Below, piece by piece: positions 26,045-39,761 of a DNA stretch of 44,000 nt. Within the stretch, counting starts at the first letter, position 1. Every line of letters begins with the position of its first letter. The translations under genes and the position numbers were made by a program. Origin of the DNA: Eledone cirrhosa (taxonomy: Eukaryota). A model generated the notes under the pieces. That model saw only the letters and a program-made list of their open reading frames with translations, ran no database searches and was not told the DNA's origin. The DNA is taken from contig CAXHJY010001013.1 of the NCBI GenBank assembly GCA_964016885.1, forward strand, positions 1 to 44,000, written 5' to 3'.

Positions 26045-26414
26045 ATGGTATGGTATGGTATGGTATGCTATAGTGTGGTATGGTATGGTATGGTATGGTA
26101 TAGTATGGTGTGGTATGCTATAGTGTGGTATGGTATGTTATGTTCTGGTATGGTATGGTATGCTATAGTGTGGTATGGTATGGTGTGGTATAGTATGGTG
26201 TGGTATGCTATGGTATCGTATAGTATGGCATAATATGGTATAGTGTGGTATGGTATAGTGTGGTGTGGTATGGTATAGTATAGTGTGGTATGGTATGGTA
26301 TAATATGGTATAGTGTGGTATGGTATGGTATTGTATTGTATGGTATGGTATGGTATGGTATAGTGTGGTATGGTATAGTATAGTGTGGTATGGTATGGTA
26401 TGGTATGGTATGGT
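26045..26414. repeat. Degenerate pentanucleotide satellite (TGGTA/TAGTG)n
   Basis: Direct reading of the sequence. Confidence 0.95.
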
Positions 26415-27650
26415 CTCGTGAGTCCCTATCATACCATAACATGTGATGGCATCAATGACGACTTCATCACTGTACAATGTACCTTGGGCAACAACAGCAG
26501 CAGCAGCAGCAGTAGTAGTAGTATTTGTTATGTTTCTCAAGGTCCAGTATCGACCTATGAACAAGACAATCCAACTGTGATCATCCCATTGGTTATGCTG
26601 ACATAGTAAATCTGAGACTATATGATCCAGTGTGTCCATCTTCCTGTTATTTAGCCCTAGGTCAATCCTGATCACATAGACATATGATTATTCAATACTT
26701 TGTTCTGTCATATCTAAGTCATATCTTAGACTACCTTAGAGTACAATACTATCTTAGGCTGCTGTTTAGCCTCGGCTCAACTTCCATCAAGTAGACCTAT
26801 GATAAAGTTATTCCAGTCATGACCATCCCATTTTTTATTTATTCTGACTGTTTATCGAAGAATACATTATCCAATGAGTACCTTCCTATTTTAAGATGGT
26901 ATAGTAGGGGGTGATGTCTGGTATATTTGGCTGTCAATTCCTCTTTATCACTTAGGGACCCCCCAGATAACTAAGGTAGCGCATATTTCTTCATACGACA
27001 CCTATCGAAGGTTTCACCTTAGAAGAGGCTAACAACAAAACAGTTGTCAATTGTATCATGCTGTCACTCTTCAAAATGGCGAATTGTCCTCGAATTTGGT
27101 GGTGTTTTTGTTAGTAGTAGTAGTAGTAGTGATGGTGGTGGTTGTAGTAGTAGCAGTAGTCGTAGTAGTCGTAGTAGTAGCAGCAGTAGTGGTGGTGATG
27201 GTGGTGGTAGTTGTAGTAGTAGTAGTAGTAATGATGTGAATGTCATGAACATGGTCATGATCATCGTGATGATGATGATGATCATCATAATCATCACCTT
27301 CCTCATCATCACCTTGATCAACATTACCATCATCATAGTGTAGATGAAACTGGTAATCAATAGAATTCACGAGAAAGGAAACGATATCACGTGCTGGCAG
27401 TCAGCCAATAGTCTTTCAGTTCATTATCAAATATTGGCTGAAATTCGATTTAATATAAGAAACAACGCGAACACATCCTATCTTTGTTAACGGATGAAAA
27501 CACTCCCTACCTTTCTGAAAAACTGATCAAACAGAACAGCTTTCTAACCAATATATACAACACATTCCTGCATATATACACTCCTTCATATATTACATAT
27601 ATAGGAGATGAATACATTGGCTATAATACCAGTTTCTTATCAAATTAGAT

Positions 27651-27836
27651 ATAATTGTTTCTACTTTTGGCACAAGGACAGCAATTACCCAGTGCATTAC
27701 TGGTACTTTATTTTATCGACCCCGTAAGGATGAAAGGCAAAGTTAACCTCGGCGGGATTTGAACTCAGAATGGCAAGGGCCGTAACTCTATGCATCAAAG
27801 CATGTTGTCCGACCCTCTACCGATACTGCCAATCCA
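27651..27836 (-). mobile_element. SINE family A, near full length
   Basis: A-box-like TGGCAGTATCGG and B box GAGTTCAAATCC on the minus strand; same body. Confidence 0.85.
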
Positions 27837-28108
27837 AATGATATATTTACAGTTGTGGTGGTACTGGAGAGGGCATACCCTCCTCAAATAATTATATTAT
27901 CTCCCCAAACTACCAAAACACATCCATTTGGATATCCGCTACAATTTATCTACATGTTATGTTCATGGCAGATCGAAGTTTTCTCACCATTTTAGAGTAC
28001 AAAGAACTAAATTAATCATTACAACTAAATTGAACAAATTTGGCTCACCCCCAATTCAGAAATGCTTTCACCTCCCCTGATGTGTATATATATATATATA
28101 TATATATG

Positions 28109-28299
28109 GAAAAGGTTCAGGACCCCGACGGTAGAGCTCACGCCGTTTCGATGGCTATTTATGGACAGAAATAGCCGTCGAAACCGCTTGAGCTCTGCCG
28201 TCGGTGTCTTGAACCTTTTCCTATTATCCACTCTACTACCCAAAGTATCGAGTACTCTGGTGCGTTATGGTCCACCTGGTTCCTTACCACACTTCCTTC

Positions 28300-28300
<1 letters not shown>
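28109..28300. mobile_element. Hairpin-bearing short element inserted in (TA)n (related copies 19706-19853 inverted and 33536-33594 partial)
   Basis: 53-bp arms (47/53 complementary) around an 8-nt loop, then actctactacccaaagtatcgagtactctg, whose complement recurs at ~19747-19777. Confidence 0.8.
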
Positions 28301-28371
<71 letters not shown>

Positions 28372-28827
28372 TATATATAAATGTAGACAAAGAGTTTTAT
28401 AAAATAAAAGTAAGTTTTAAAGTGTTAATAAATTTCGCTGTAGTGATGTGTGAAAATCTTGACGTCTTTGACACAATTCCTTCGAAAAGTAATAATGGTC
28501 GGTACAATATAAACTCGGTGTGAATATATTGTGTCGTGTTGTTTTACTTCTTACTGCAGCCAAACTTACTGACACCGACAAACTCTCATTGGGTCTTACT
28601 ATAAGTGTTACCTGTGGAAATCAACAACAGCTTCCTTTGATGTTGAATCTTACCTCAATATCAAATGTGTCAAGTTTTAAACAAATATACTCCGATGAAT
28701 CAATAGATATTCTCTAAGATATGTATTTAAGCTATCGTTCTATCTACATCATAACTTGTTATTTTATATCTGAGTCTGATTAAGATAGTTTCAGAATATT
28801 TTCTGTGTATCTGAGGTTTTGATCGTG

Positions 28828-29082
28828 AATATGAGAAATGGGATTCCTCCAAAGGGTTTTAGAGTAACGTTACTCGATAGAGGGCGTTGCTCGGAGATCA
28901 GAGAGTCGCTTCTGGTAGAGTAGCCCTACTTATCCGAATTTAGAGATCACAGCTCAGATATTATGGGCACGTAGTTAAAATGTCTCAAGAAAGAATCGCT
29001 GAACAGATTTTACGGATAAAACCAGCCGGCAGGAGACCCAGGGTAGCCCTCGATAAAGATGGTTGAATAACATCCATGAGCT
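28828..29082 (+). mobile_element. RTE-clade LINE fragment (RT C-terminus)
   Basis: EMGFLQRV/VTLLDRGRCSEIRESL.VE/LLIRI*RSQLRYYGHVVKMSQERIA.QIL..KPAGRRPR..RWLNNI. Confidence 0.8.
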
Positions 29083-29977
29083 TTTAGTTATATAGAATGC
29101 TCTAATTCTCTGCTAACAGAGTTCAAAATTCCGCTGAGGTAAACTTTGCTATTCACAGAATATTCAGCGACGTACATGGTCATTTCGTCAGTAGGGTATA
29201 TAGCTGGTTGAAAATCTGAATGATCTTCGTCGAGACCGACGGAGAAGCCTCCATATCTGTCATTGTCTTACTTGTTCATATCTCTATCATGTTTACTATT
29301 GCGAACATTAGCACAATCACCACCAACAAGATTTTTAACGGTGGCAGCATTACCACCGCCACCACCGCCACCACTGCCATCACTATCAACATCATCATCA
29401 TCAACTCCACTATTAACATCAATATAATCACCATTTCCATCATTATTTTTACATCATCATCATCAACAACAGTAACCCTACCATCATCACCATTTCCTCC
29501 ACCTTTGTCACCAATAGTATGATCATCATCACTACTCTCAACACCACCACCACACCACCACCACCGCCGCCGCCACCACCACCACCACCACCTCCACCAC
29601 CATCCTAACAGTAACAGTAACCATTATCATAAGTATTACTTTCTCTGAGAGTTTGTGTAATTCATTTAAAATTCTAATTGGAAAGTAAATTGGTGAATCG
29701 TGTTGAGTCTGACGCAGTGAAGAAAAAGTAATTGGCTGTGAAGGTTCCAAATTGGTAATGATGTTCACAACATACATATATACACACATATATATACCAT
29801 ATATAGATATATATAGACTGACTCATTGACTTATATACATACACACATATATACCATATATAGATATAGATAGATATAGAGTCTGACTCATAGACATACA
29901 TACATACACAGACTCACACACACACATACATATATACCATATATAGATAAATAGATATAGAGACTGACTCATAGGCA

Positions 29978-30011
<34 letters not shown>

Positions 30012-30057
30012 GATATAATTATACATACATACATACATACATATATAGATATAATTA

Positions 30058-30091
<34 letters not shown>

Positions 30092-30098
30092 CATACAT

Positions 30099-30635
30099 CA
30101 TGGCTGCCCCCTCGTTATCGAGTATGGCCATTGTACGATATAACATTATTAATCATTATTAATTAATTCTATCGTGCAATGCCTGTGCATGAAGATATTT
30201 TTTTACAGTGAAGAAAGACTGTGCACTGAGCCAATCCCACTCTCTGAGAGACAGTAACTATAACACGAAAAGAAGAAAATATCAACATCATCGGTAACTA
30301 CTGAGCCGCAGGTTTTATATCGGAGTTATCCCAGTTTCCTGAGTTGTCTTTTCCTAGAAGAATGCCCTGACAAAGGCTAGGGGTCCTTCACTCCCAGTGG
30401 TTTAACCGTGCGGTACATGTGTATATACATATTTACACACTTTCTGATGGCCGTTGACTCTTATGAGTTCTTCCGCCCTTCGTCAAGTTTTGTTTTTTGT
30501 CCTGCAGGGTGTCCAAAATCTCCCTCCTCACCAAGTAAACTTGGTGGGGTTGTCGGTTTAGTCGCAGACGACCCGACCCTGCGACAGGTTGTACTGGGTT
30601 ACATGTTACCAGTAGCACTCAAGAGTGACCCGACA
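30099..30635 (-). mobile_element. ~540-bp non-coding interspersed repeat (probably a non-autonomous retroelement), copy 1
   Basis: Colinear similarity to 34517-35088 over its length (tggctgcc..ctcgtt.tcgagta; gtcccactctc; caggttgtactgg..tacatgttaccagtagcac); flanked by (CATA)n. Strand is inferred. Confidence 0.75.
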
Positions 30636-31136
30636 TAATATATATACATACATTCATACATTCACATAGACTCTCACAAACATACACATATACACATACA
30701 TATAGACACATACATACACACATACACACACTCACTAACAGATACACACATACATACACACGTACAAACACATTCAGAGTCATATATATACATATACACA
30801 CACAAATGCAATCACAGCCACACACATACACACGTACACACACACATGCATACATACACGCACATACACATGCACACACATATGTACACACACACACATA
30901 CACATAGTGGTGGTGATAGTAGTTGTGGCGGGTGGTAGTATTATTATTAGTAGTAGAGGTGGTGGTGGTGGTTGTTGAGGTGCTGGTGCTGGGGGTGATA
31001 GTGGTTGTGGTGGTGCTGGTAGTGGTGGTAGTATTAGTAGTTGTATTAATGGTGTTCTTGGCGGTGATGGTTGTAGTTGTGGTGCTGAGAGTGATTGTGG
31101 TAGCATTAGTAGTAGTAGTAGTAGTAGTAGTAGTAG

Positions 31137-31169
<33 letters not shown>

Positions 31170-31186
31170 GAATATCAGTAGTAGTG

Positions 31187-31220
<34 letters not shown>

Positions 31221-31637
31221 TAGTAGTGGTGGTGGTGGTAGTGGTGATGGTGATGGTAGTAGTAGTAGTGGTGGTGGTGGTGGTGGTGGTAGTGGGGTTG
31301 GAGGTGGCTTCAGAGGTCAAGTTACTTGTGGAGGAGATGATTGTGATGGCTATGATGGTGGTATTGGTGATGTTAACGATAAAGATAAAATATCGTAAGA
31401 CAAAGCTAACCTTGGTGGGATTTGAACTCACAACATAAAGGGACATAACTCTCTGTCGCCAAGCATATTGTCCGACGCTCTACAAATCCTGCTAATCCTC
31501 CGCCTAACAATCTTCTTTAGAATTCTTCATGACATCACCTGAAGGAAGAGATATGATTTAACATTTGTGAAACTTTAAGTACTCTATTTTTAAGCTATGA
31601 ACAATTAATACGAATGTATATATTTATTCCTGGGTAA

Positions 31638-32010
31638 TTGTCTTTTGTATAAGGTTACTTCGGCTTTTGTATGAGGTTACCTCAGTGTCTTTTTATATGA
31701 GGTTATCTTGTTGCCTTTTGCATGAGGTTACCTCGGTATCTTTTGTATGAGGTACCCTCGTTGTCTTTTGTATGAGGTTATCTCGTTGTCTTTTGCATGA
31801 GGTTCCTTCGTTGTATTTTGTATAAGGTTCTCTCGTTGTCTTTTGTATAAGGTTACCTCGGTGTCTTTTATATGAAGTTCCCTCGTTATCTTTTATATGA
31901 GGTTCCCTCGTTGTCTTTTGTATGAGGTTACTTGTTGTCTTTTGTATAAGGTTACTCGTTGTCTTTTGTATAAGGTTACCCCGTCTTTTATATGAGGTTC
32001 CCTTGTCTTT
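31638..32010. repeat. Diverged minisatellite, ~25-bp unit (GTCTTTTGTATGAGGTTACCTCGTT), about 15 copies
   Basis: Direct reading of the sequence. Confidence 0.9.
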
Positions 32011-32305
32011 ACCTTCTGTTCAGAGTCTCCTTCAATACCGAATCACTAATTCATTAACACAGTGAAACAATGAATTCACTTTGTACATCATTGTTAATCC
32101 GGTTATTCCAGATAATCCGGCTTGTGTTGCTTTACTGCAGGTACGACAGCAAAAGATTCCTTATATATAAATATATATATATATATATGTGTGTGTGTCA
32201 ATGTCAGTATGTACCTTCTGAGCCTACATATACATACATACATAATACATACATACACACACACAGACAGACAGATACACACGCACACACGCTCACACAC
32301 ACACA

Positions 32306-32441
<136 letters not shown>

Positions 32442-32718
32442 CTGAAATAGGGATAGACAAACAAGACTGCACTGTTCTTAGATTAAGCAGGATTCCAGAA
32501 TATACCTATATTTTTTTTTCCTTTTATAGAAAAATAAGAAATAACTGTATACTTTAAAGTAACTTAAAATACCATTATATACAGAGTGAAGCAAATTGAA
32601 TTTGATTTGCATTCGGTTTTTTTTCCTTCTTTTGTATATATTTATTTTTCTCGCATAGCTTGTTTTTTGTTTTAGATTCCATTCAAAAACTTTCGTAAAC
32701 TATTTGAAAATATTAATG

Positions 32719-32807
<89 letters not shown>

Positions 32808-32831
32808 GTACATATATATATATATATGTAC

Positions 32832-32951
<120 letters not shown>

Positions 32952-33409
32952 TATATAAGTAATATAAAATATATCGAATGGTAATAATGTTTTATAATAT
33001 CAGACAAGTTATATTTTTTTTAATATTTGATGGAAAAAATATAAAAATTTGAAACAAGCAAACATACACACATGTATGTATATATATATACACACTTATT
33101 AATGTATATGTGTTTGTACACACACACATACGCACACACACGCACACATATATATATATATACATATTTATAAGTGTATTTCCTGTGTGAGTGTATAATG
33201 GTATGTGTGTGTGTATGTATGTATGTGTATGCGTATGCGTATGTGTGAGAGCGATTGAGAGGGGGGGGGTAGAGTGGTTAGAAGGAGAAATGATATGCAA
33301 TATAATTGAAAAGAAGTAAACGTAATTTCAGAATCCTATGTTGTCGTCAGTGGAGCTTCTGTGTTAAGTAGGTAACATATATATATACTGATATATACTG
33401 TGTATAGTG

Positions 33410-33447
<38 letters not shown>

Positions 33448-33913
33448 AGTGTGTGTGTAATATATGTGTGTGTATGTCTGTGTCTGTGGAGCTTCTGTTT
33501 TAAATGACTATATAGCACACATATATATATAGAGAGAGTCCAGAAATACCCATCGAAACGGCTTGAGCTCTGCCGTCGGGATCATACTTTTTCCTATACA
33601 TATATATATATATATATGTATATATATGTGTCTGCCTATATATGTGTATATGTAGGTATGTATGTAGGTTTATAGATAGGTAGATATGTATCTATATGTG
33701 TATGTATCTCTATGTATATGTATATGTGTATGTATCTATCTATATATATATGTATATGTGTATGTATGTATATATGTATGTACAGTATGTATGTATACTC
33801 AGAAAGGGTATATTATTTAATTTAATTGAAAGTCGTCTAATACAGAACTAGTTCAATTTCATACGATGATGATGCAATGGTCATATATACATGTGTGTGT
33901 GTGCTTGTCTATT

Positions 33914-34041
<128 letters not shown>

Positions 34042-34226
34042 AGTGTGTGCTTAAAATTGAGATACAAAACGTACTTTTTTGTAAGATTCCTTATCTGAAA
34101 ACGTGTGTTGAATCAGATGTTGTTATACTTTCAGAGGACCATGCTGCCAAATTAAACTACACGCAATTTATTACAATTTATCACTTCAATTTATTTTAAA
34201 TTCCAGTTTTTTTGTTTGATAACCGA

Positions 34227-34351
34227 ATGGTTGTTTATTGGCAAATCCCTTTCGTTACTTATTCTGACCTCCTGTGTGTGGTGTGTGTGTATAACAAATG
34301 AGTCACCGAGGAGGTCAGAATAAGTAACGAAAGGGATTTGCCAATAAACAA

Positions 34352-34355
<4 letters not shown>
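34227..34355. repeat. Perfect 47-bp inverted repeat with 35-nt spacer
   Basis: 34227-34273 is the exact reverse complement of 34309-34355. Confidence 0.95.
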
Positions 34356-34387
<32 letters not shown>

Positions 34388-34516
34388 TATATATAAATAT
34401 ATATATATACGTCACCGAAATTGTACTGATTTTCAGATTTTACTAAAGAGATGGAATTGTGCGTTTTTCCATTGTCTTTGCCATTTCATACATATATATA
34501 CATACACACATATATA

Positions 34517-35088
34517 CATGGTGGCTGCCAACTCGTTTTCGAGTACGGCCACTATTTATATCCATGTAGGAGAACCCCTACCGATGCGCTGACTTTTAGT
34601 CCAGCCAGCGACTTGAAAACTCTTGTACAAACACTACACTTGTGACAATTATTGACACCGACAAGTGCAGAGAGATCTCCAGATATAAAGCAATGCCTGT
34701 GCCGTGAAGCTTTTATAGTGAGCAAAGGCACTGCACAAACCCAGTCCCACTCTCTTAACCAAGATGATATTTACCAAAAAGAAGAACAAGTCAACATCAT
34801 TGGATACCATCAGGGTTGCAGGTGTTATATCAGAGTTTTCCTTCTCCTAGAATTCTGCCTTGACAAATGCTAAGGGGTTATCTCTCCCGGTGATTTTGGA
34901 TGGCCATTGACTCTTAAGAGCTCCTTTACCCTTTGAAAGGTTTTGTTTTTAGTCCTGCAGGATGTCCAAAGTCACCCCTCTCACCAAGAAACCTTGGTGG
35001 GGTTGCCAGTTTAGTCGCCAACGACCCGACCATGGTACAGGTTGTACTGGAATACATGTTACCAGTAGCACCAACTGGTGACCTGACA
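34517..35088 (-). mobile_element. Same interspersed repeat, copy 2
   Basis: See 30099-30635; also flanked by (CATA)n. Confidence 0.75.
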
Positions 35089-35163
35089 TACATACATAGA
35101 TATATACATACATGCATACATATATACATTCATATATACATACATATATACATACAGTTATAC

Positions 35164-35403
35164 ATTGGAGCTACGTGTTATATACCAACCCGCTTGGACC
35201 GATGTATAACTGAACTTGGATTTGCGGACAAAGAGCGCAGCTCCCTAATTCATAGTCTACAAATGGCTGCGATAGCTGGCACCTTCAAAATTTGCAAAAC
35301 ATTCTTGCGATTCAAGGGATGGCACTTTCTTTTCTTTTACAACCTTGGCACCAGGAAGGTGGCCGGTCAAAAATATACTCGAAATTAAGAGAAAGAGATA
35401 ACA
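35164..35403 (+). mobile_element. Extreme 3' end of an RLE-type non-LTR retrotransposon inserted in (TACA)n
   Basis: IGATCYIP..LD.CITELGF....LIHSLQMAAIAGTFKICKTFL resembles the C-terminal IGA.G..LQ..AI.GT..I segment of RLE elements; (CATA)n on both sides. Confidence 0.6.
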
Positions 35404-35483
35404 TATGTACATACATACATACATACATAAATACATACATACATACATACATACATACATACATACATACATACATACATACA

Positions 35484-35514
<31 letters not shown>

Positions 35515-35914
35515 CACAGAGTTTTCTTCAGCATTGAATTGTGATCTAACCACGGATTCCAAATTTCACGACAGGCTTAAATATATATATTTATGACACA
35601 CACACACACCTATTTATTATACGCATACTTATATATATGTGGGTGCATATATCAGTGTGTTTATGTGTGTGTGTATATGGGTTAATGATGATATAGGAAG
35701 GTGAGATGAATCTAGAATATTTCTGAGTAAATGTGTAAAAAATATAAATGATGATTCTGGATGAATGTATAAATATATCCCGAAATGCTATGAATAGATG
35801 CATATATTAGTGAGTGTATATTTGTGTTCAACTATATATATATTATATATATATGATATATAATTAGATAGCAAGATTTATAAATAGTATTAGATATATT
35901 AGCTAGCCCCTTAT

Positions 35915-36045
<131 letters not shown>

Positions 36046-36064
36046 TTATATATATATATATGTA

Positions 36065-36107
<43 letters not shown>

Positions 36108-36134
36108 TTATATATATATAAATATATATATGTA

Positions 36135-36291
<157 letters not shown>

Positions 36292-36292
36292 G

Positions 36293-36323
<31 letters not shown>

Positions 36324-36326
36324 ACG

Positions 36327-36361
<35 letters not shown>

Positions 36362-36362
36362 G

Positions 36363-36420
<58 letters not shown>

Positions 36421-36967
36421 GAAAAATATCTACAAAAATAATAATAAGAAGAAGTAGATAGCAGGTTAGGAAAGGAATAAAACAACAACAACAACAACAA
36501 CCTAAATGATGAAAAAAAGAGAAGAAAATCCCGAAGACAAATAATAGAAATGATGTGTGAAGAATAATGCGCGTGTAACATTTTAAAGATGGAAGCAAAG
36601 AATTAGTGACATTTATGTTGAAAACAACATCTAACTGAGCTTACAATCTTGACATTTCACTTGTTGGATTTTTAATCTTGCCTTGTTTCTTCTTTAAAAG
36701 AAATTTGCTCTTCGTTTCGTTTCGTTTTGTTTTATATTTTATTTTCTCCCTTTATATTTGTCATTACGTTTTTCGGTTTTCTTTTTTCGTTTATTTTGAT
36801 TTACCCTTTCTTCGTATTTGTATTTTTCTGTTTTTCTCCTGCTTTCTCGTTGTCTTCACTTTGATTTCATCTCTCATGCTGTTTCACTAATTGTATTAGA
36901 AAGAAATCAGAGCGTGTGGACATTCTTCCGTACATCTATCATCAATACACGCACATATCACACACAG

Positions 36968-37084
<117 letters not shown>

Positions 37085-37181
37085 AATATATACATGCACG
37101 AGCAGAAACTCACACAATCACACTTGAGTTTCTCCCTCCACACACACATTGACATATATATGTCAACGTGTAAATACGTAC

Positions 37182-37236
<55 letters not shown>

Positions 37237-37321
37237 GGAATACTATTGGCTTCTTGCTACAATACTTTCTATACCTTTCATTTATATATATATATATATA
37301 TATATAAAGGTATGTATTTAC

Positions 37322-37367
<46 letters not shown>

Positions 37368-37372
37368 ATTAT

Positions 37373-37428
37373 TACTTTGGAAGATTCACCTTTGCCAATA
37401 AACATGGCACATACATCCACTATATATA

Positions 37429-37478
<50 letters not shown>

Positions 37479-37534
37479 AATATATAGTGGATGTATGTGC
37501 CATGTTTATTGGCAAAGGTGAATCTTCCAAAGTA
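37373..37534. repeat. Perfect 48-bp inverted repeat centred on a (TA)n tract
   Basis: 37373-37420 is the exact reverse complement of 37487-37534. Confidence 0.95.
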
Positions 37535-38119
37535 TTAATAATATATATATATACATATATACATAATACATACACATACACTACAAACGCACACACGCAA
37601 TCATGCAATTATGCTACACATACACACCACACGCATAAAATCATACGCACATATGTATACTGTAATAGCCACATATCGGTAGCTCCTTCAGCACACTTCT
37701 ACACACATCTAAGCGAGCCTTGTTTAGTTAACTCCATACATAACATGCTAATGATGACCAGTTAGCCTAGGGATACACATTTTTAACGACATGCCATTAG
37801 ATCTTCTTTAAAGAAGCATCTATCGTCCCCTACAAACACCATTCCTCACTTGCATCACACCCCCAATCCCACCCTGACATCTACATTCACAATTTTTCTC
37901 TCCCTTTATTTTTCTTCGATTTTTTTCTCGTACATATACATATATATATAAATATATATATATATATTTATATATACATATAGATGTAGATATATACACA
38001 GATATATATGTGTGTTTATATATATATCATATATATCTATGTAAATATATACATACAAACATATATATATATAATTATATATATATACACATACATATAT
38101 ATATATATATATATATGCG

Positions 38120-38190
<71 letters not shown>

Positions 38191-38786
38191 TGTTTTTTTT
38201 CTCCTCAGTTTTATTATTGGCGATAAATAAAAAAAAAAGCGGTTGAAACGGAGAATAAGCAAATAAATAAATAAACAAATGAGTAAATAAACAAACAAAT
38301 AAATAAATAAATAAAGTCGTGGTTGGAGGCTGATGTTAGAGGTGGAATCTAAACATTGTTCTCTGTCTTCTTTCTCCTATCCCATTCTCATGAATTAGCT
38401 CAGAATATTCAACAAGACCCTAATTATATTTTCATGATAAAAAAGAAATACCTGTCTATTTTATACTATTTTATGTCATTCCTTCGACAATCAGATGAGT
38501 TCATTTATTGTGACAAAAGAGAGCATGGAGTAGGAGGAGTTGTAGAAGTAGTAGTAGGAGGAGAAGATATATATGACGTGGAGTGAATGAAAAGATGAGA
38601 CGGATGGAGGATTGCGTTTCGTTTCGTTTTCGTTTTCCGTTCATTTTGGTTTGATTTATTATATGCTTTTTCTTTATATTTTCTTATTTTTATTCTTACA
38701 AGATTTTTTTCATTTTTATGTGTGTAGATAGATGTGGGGTTGGGCTTCCATATTTTGTGTTTTCTTTTTGGTTATTTTGCGTCATC

Positions 38787-38826
<40 letters not shown>

Positions 38827-39761
38827 CCTGGTCATTTATTTTTCTTTATTTTCATAGGTTTCTTTGTTTAAATTGAGATTGAAGGACTTGAAATTAGAGA
38901 CTGTTATATCTCTTGCAGTCATTGTGAGGATGTGATGGTGGTGGTAGTGATGGTAGTGGCTGTGATGGTGGTGAAGTTGGTGGTGGTGATGGTGGTGGTT
39001 GTGATGGTGGTGAAGGTGGTGATGTTTGTGGTTGTGATGATGATGATGGTGGTGTGATGATGTTTCTACTGTTTGTGGTAGTGGCATTAGTGGTGTTTGA
39101 ATTTTGCAGTGGTGGTGGTAGTCGTGCTATGGAGGTTATGGCGGAAAATTTCCTGGAAGGTTTCTTTTTTTTTTCAGTTTAAGGTGAAGTCATGGATGAT
39201 CGAGGGTCTACATATGTTGTTGTTGTAACTGCTGCTACTGCTAGTGTTGTTATAATTATTGTCGTTGTTGTTGCTGTATCCCAGTGTTGACTTAAGATTA
39301 AACAACATCTAAACATATGTTCTACTATACAGTATCCCATGTTTTTGTTTTGCCTCACTAACACAGAGTAGCACTAGACTATCTAATGTGTCTTTCCCTT
39401 TTTAAGATCAGATCTGTGACCATGCTACAATTTCTTTAGTTGATAAGTTGAGAAGGTAAATGTGGCTGTATTGGTTTGATGTGACTAATTTCTTTGGTTG
39501 ATGTTTTTGTATGAATATTTTATCACGTCAGACGACATCTATACCACCAATATAACCTAATGGCTGATAGATATTGATAACTATGTTTATTTTACCAAGG
39601 AAATGGATGCATTTTTTATTTATTTCTTCTTACACTCTACGGGGAGTAATTTTAGATGCCGTAAACATTTTGTTTGTTTAAAAGTATTTTAAATGTGTTG
39701 CGAAAGAATGCTGTTTTAACCACAAATTTAAGTCTTTTTCTTTCCACAAACGAGGGAAAAT

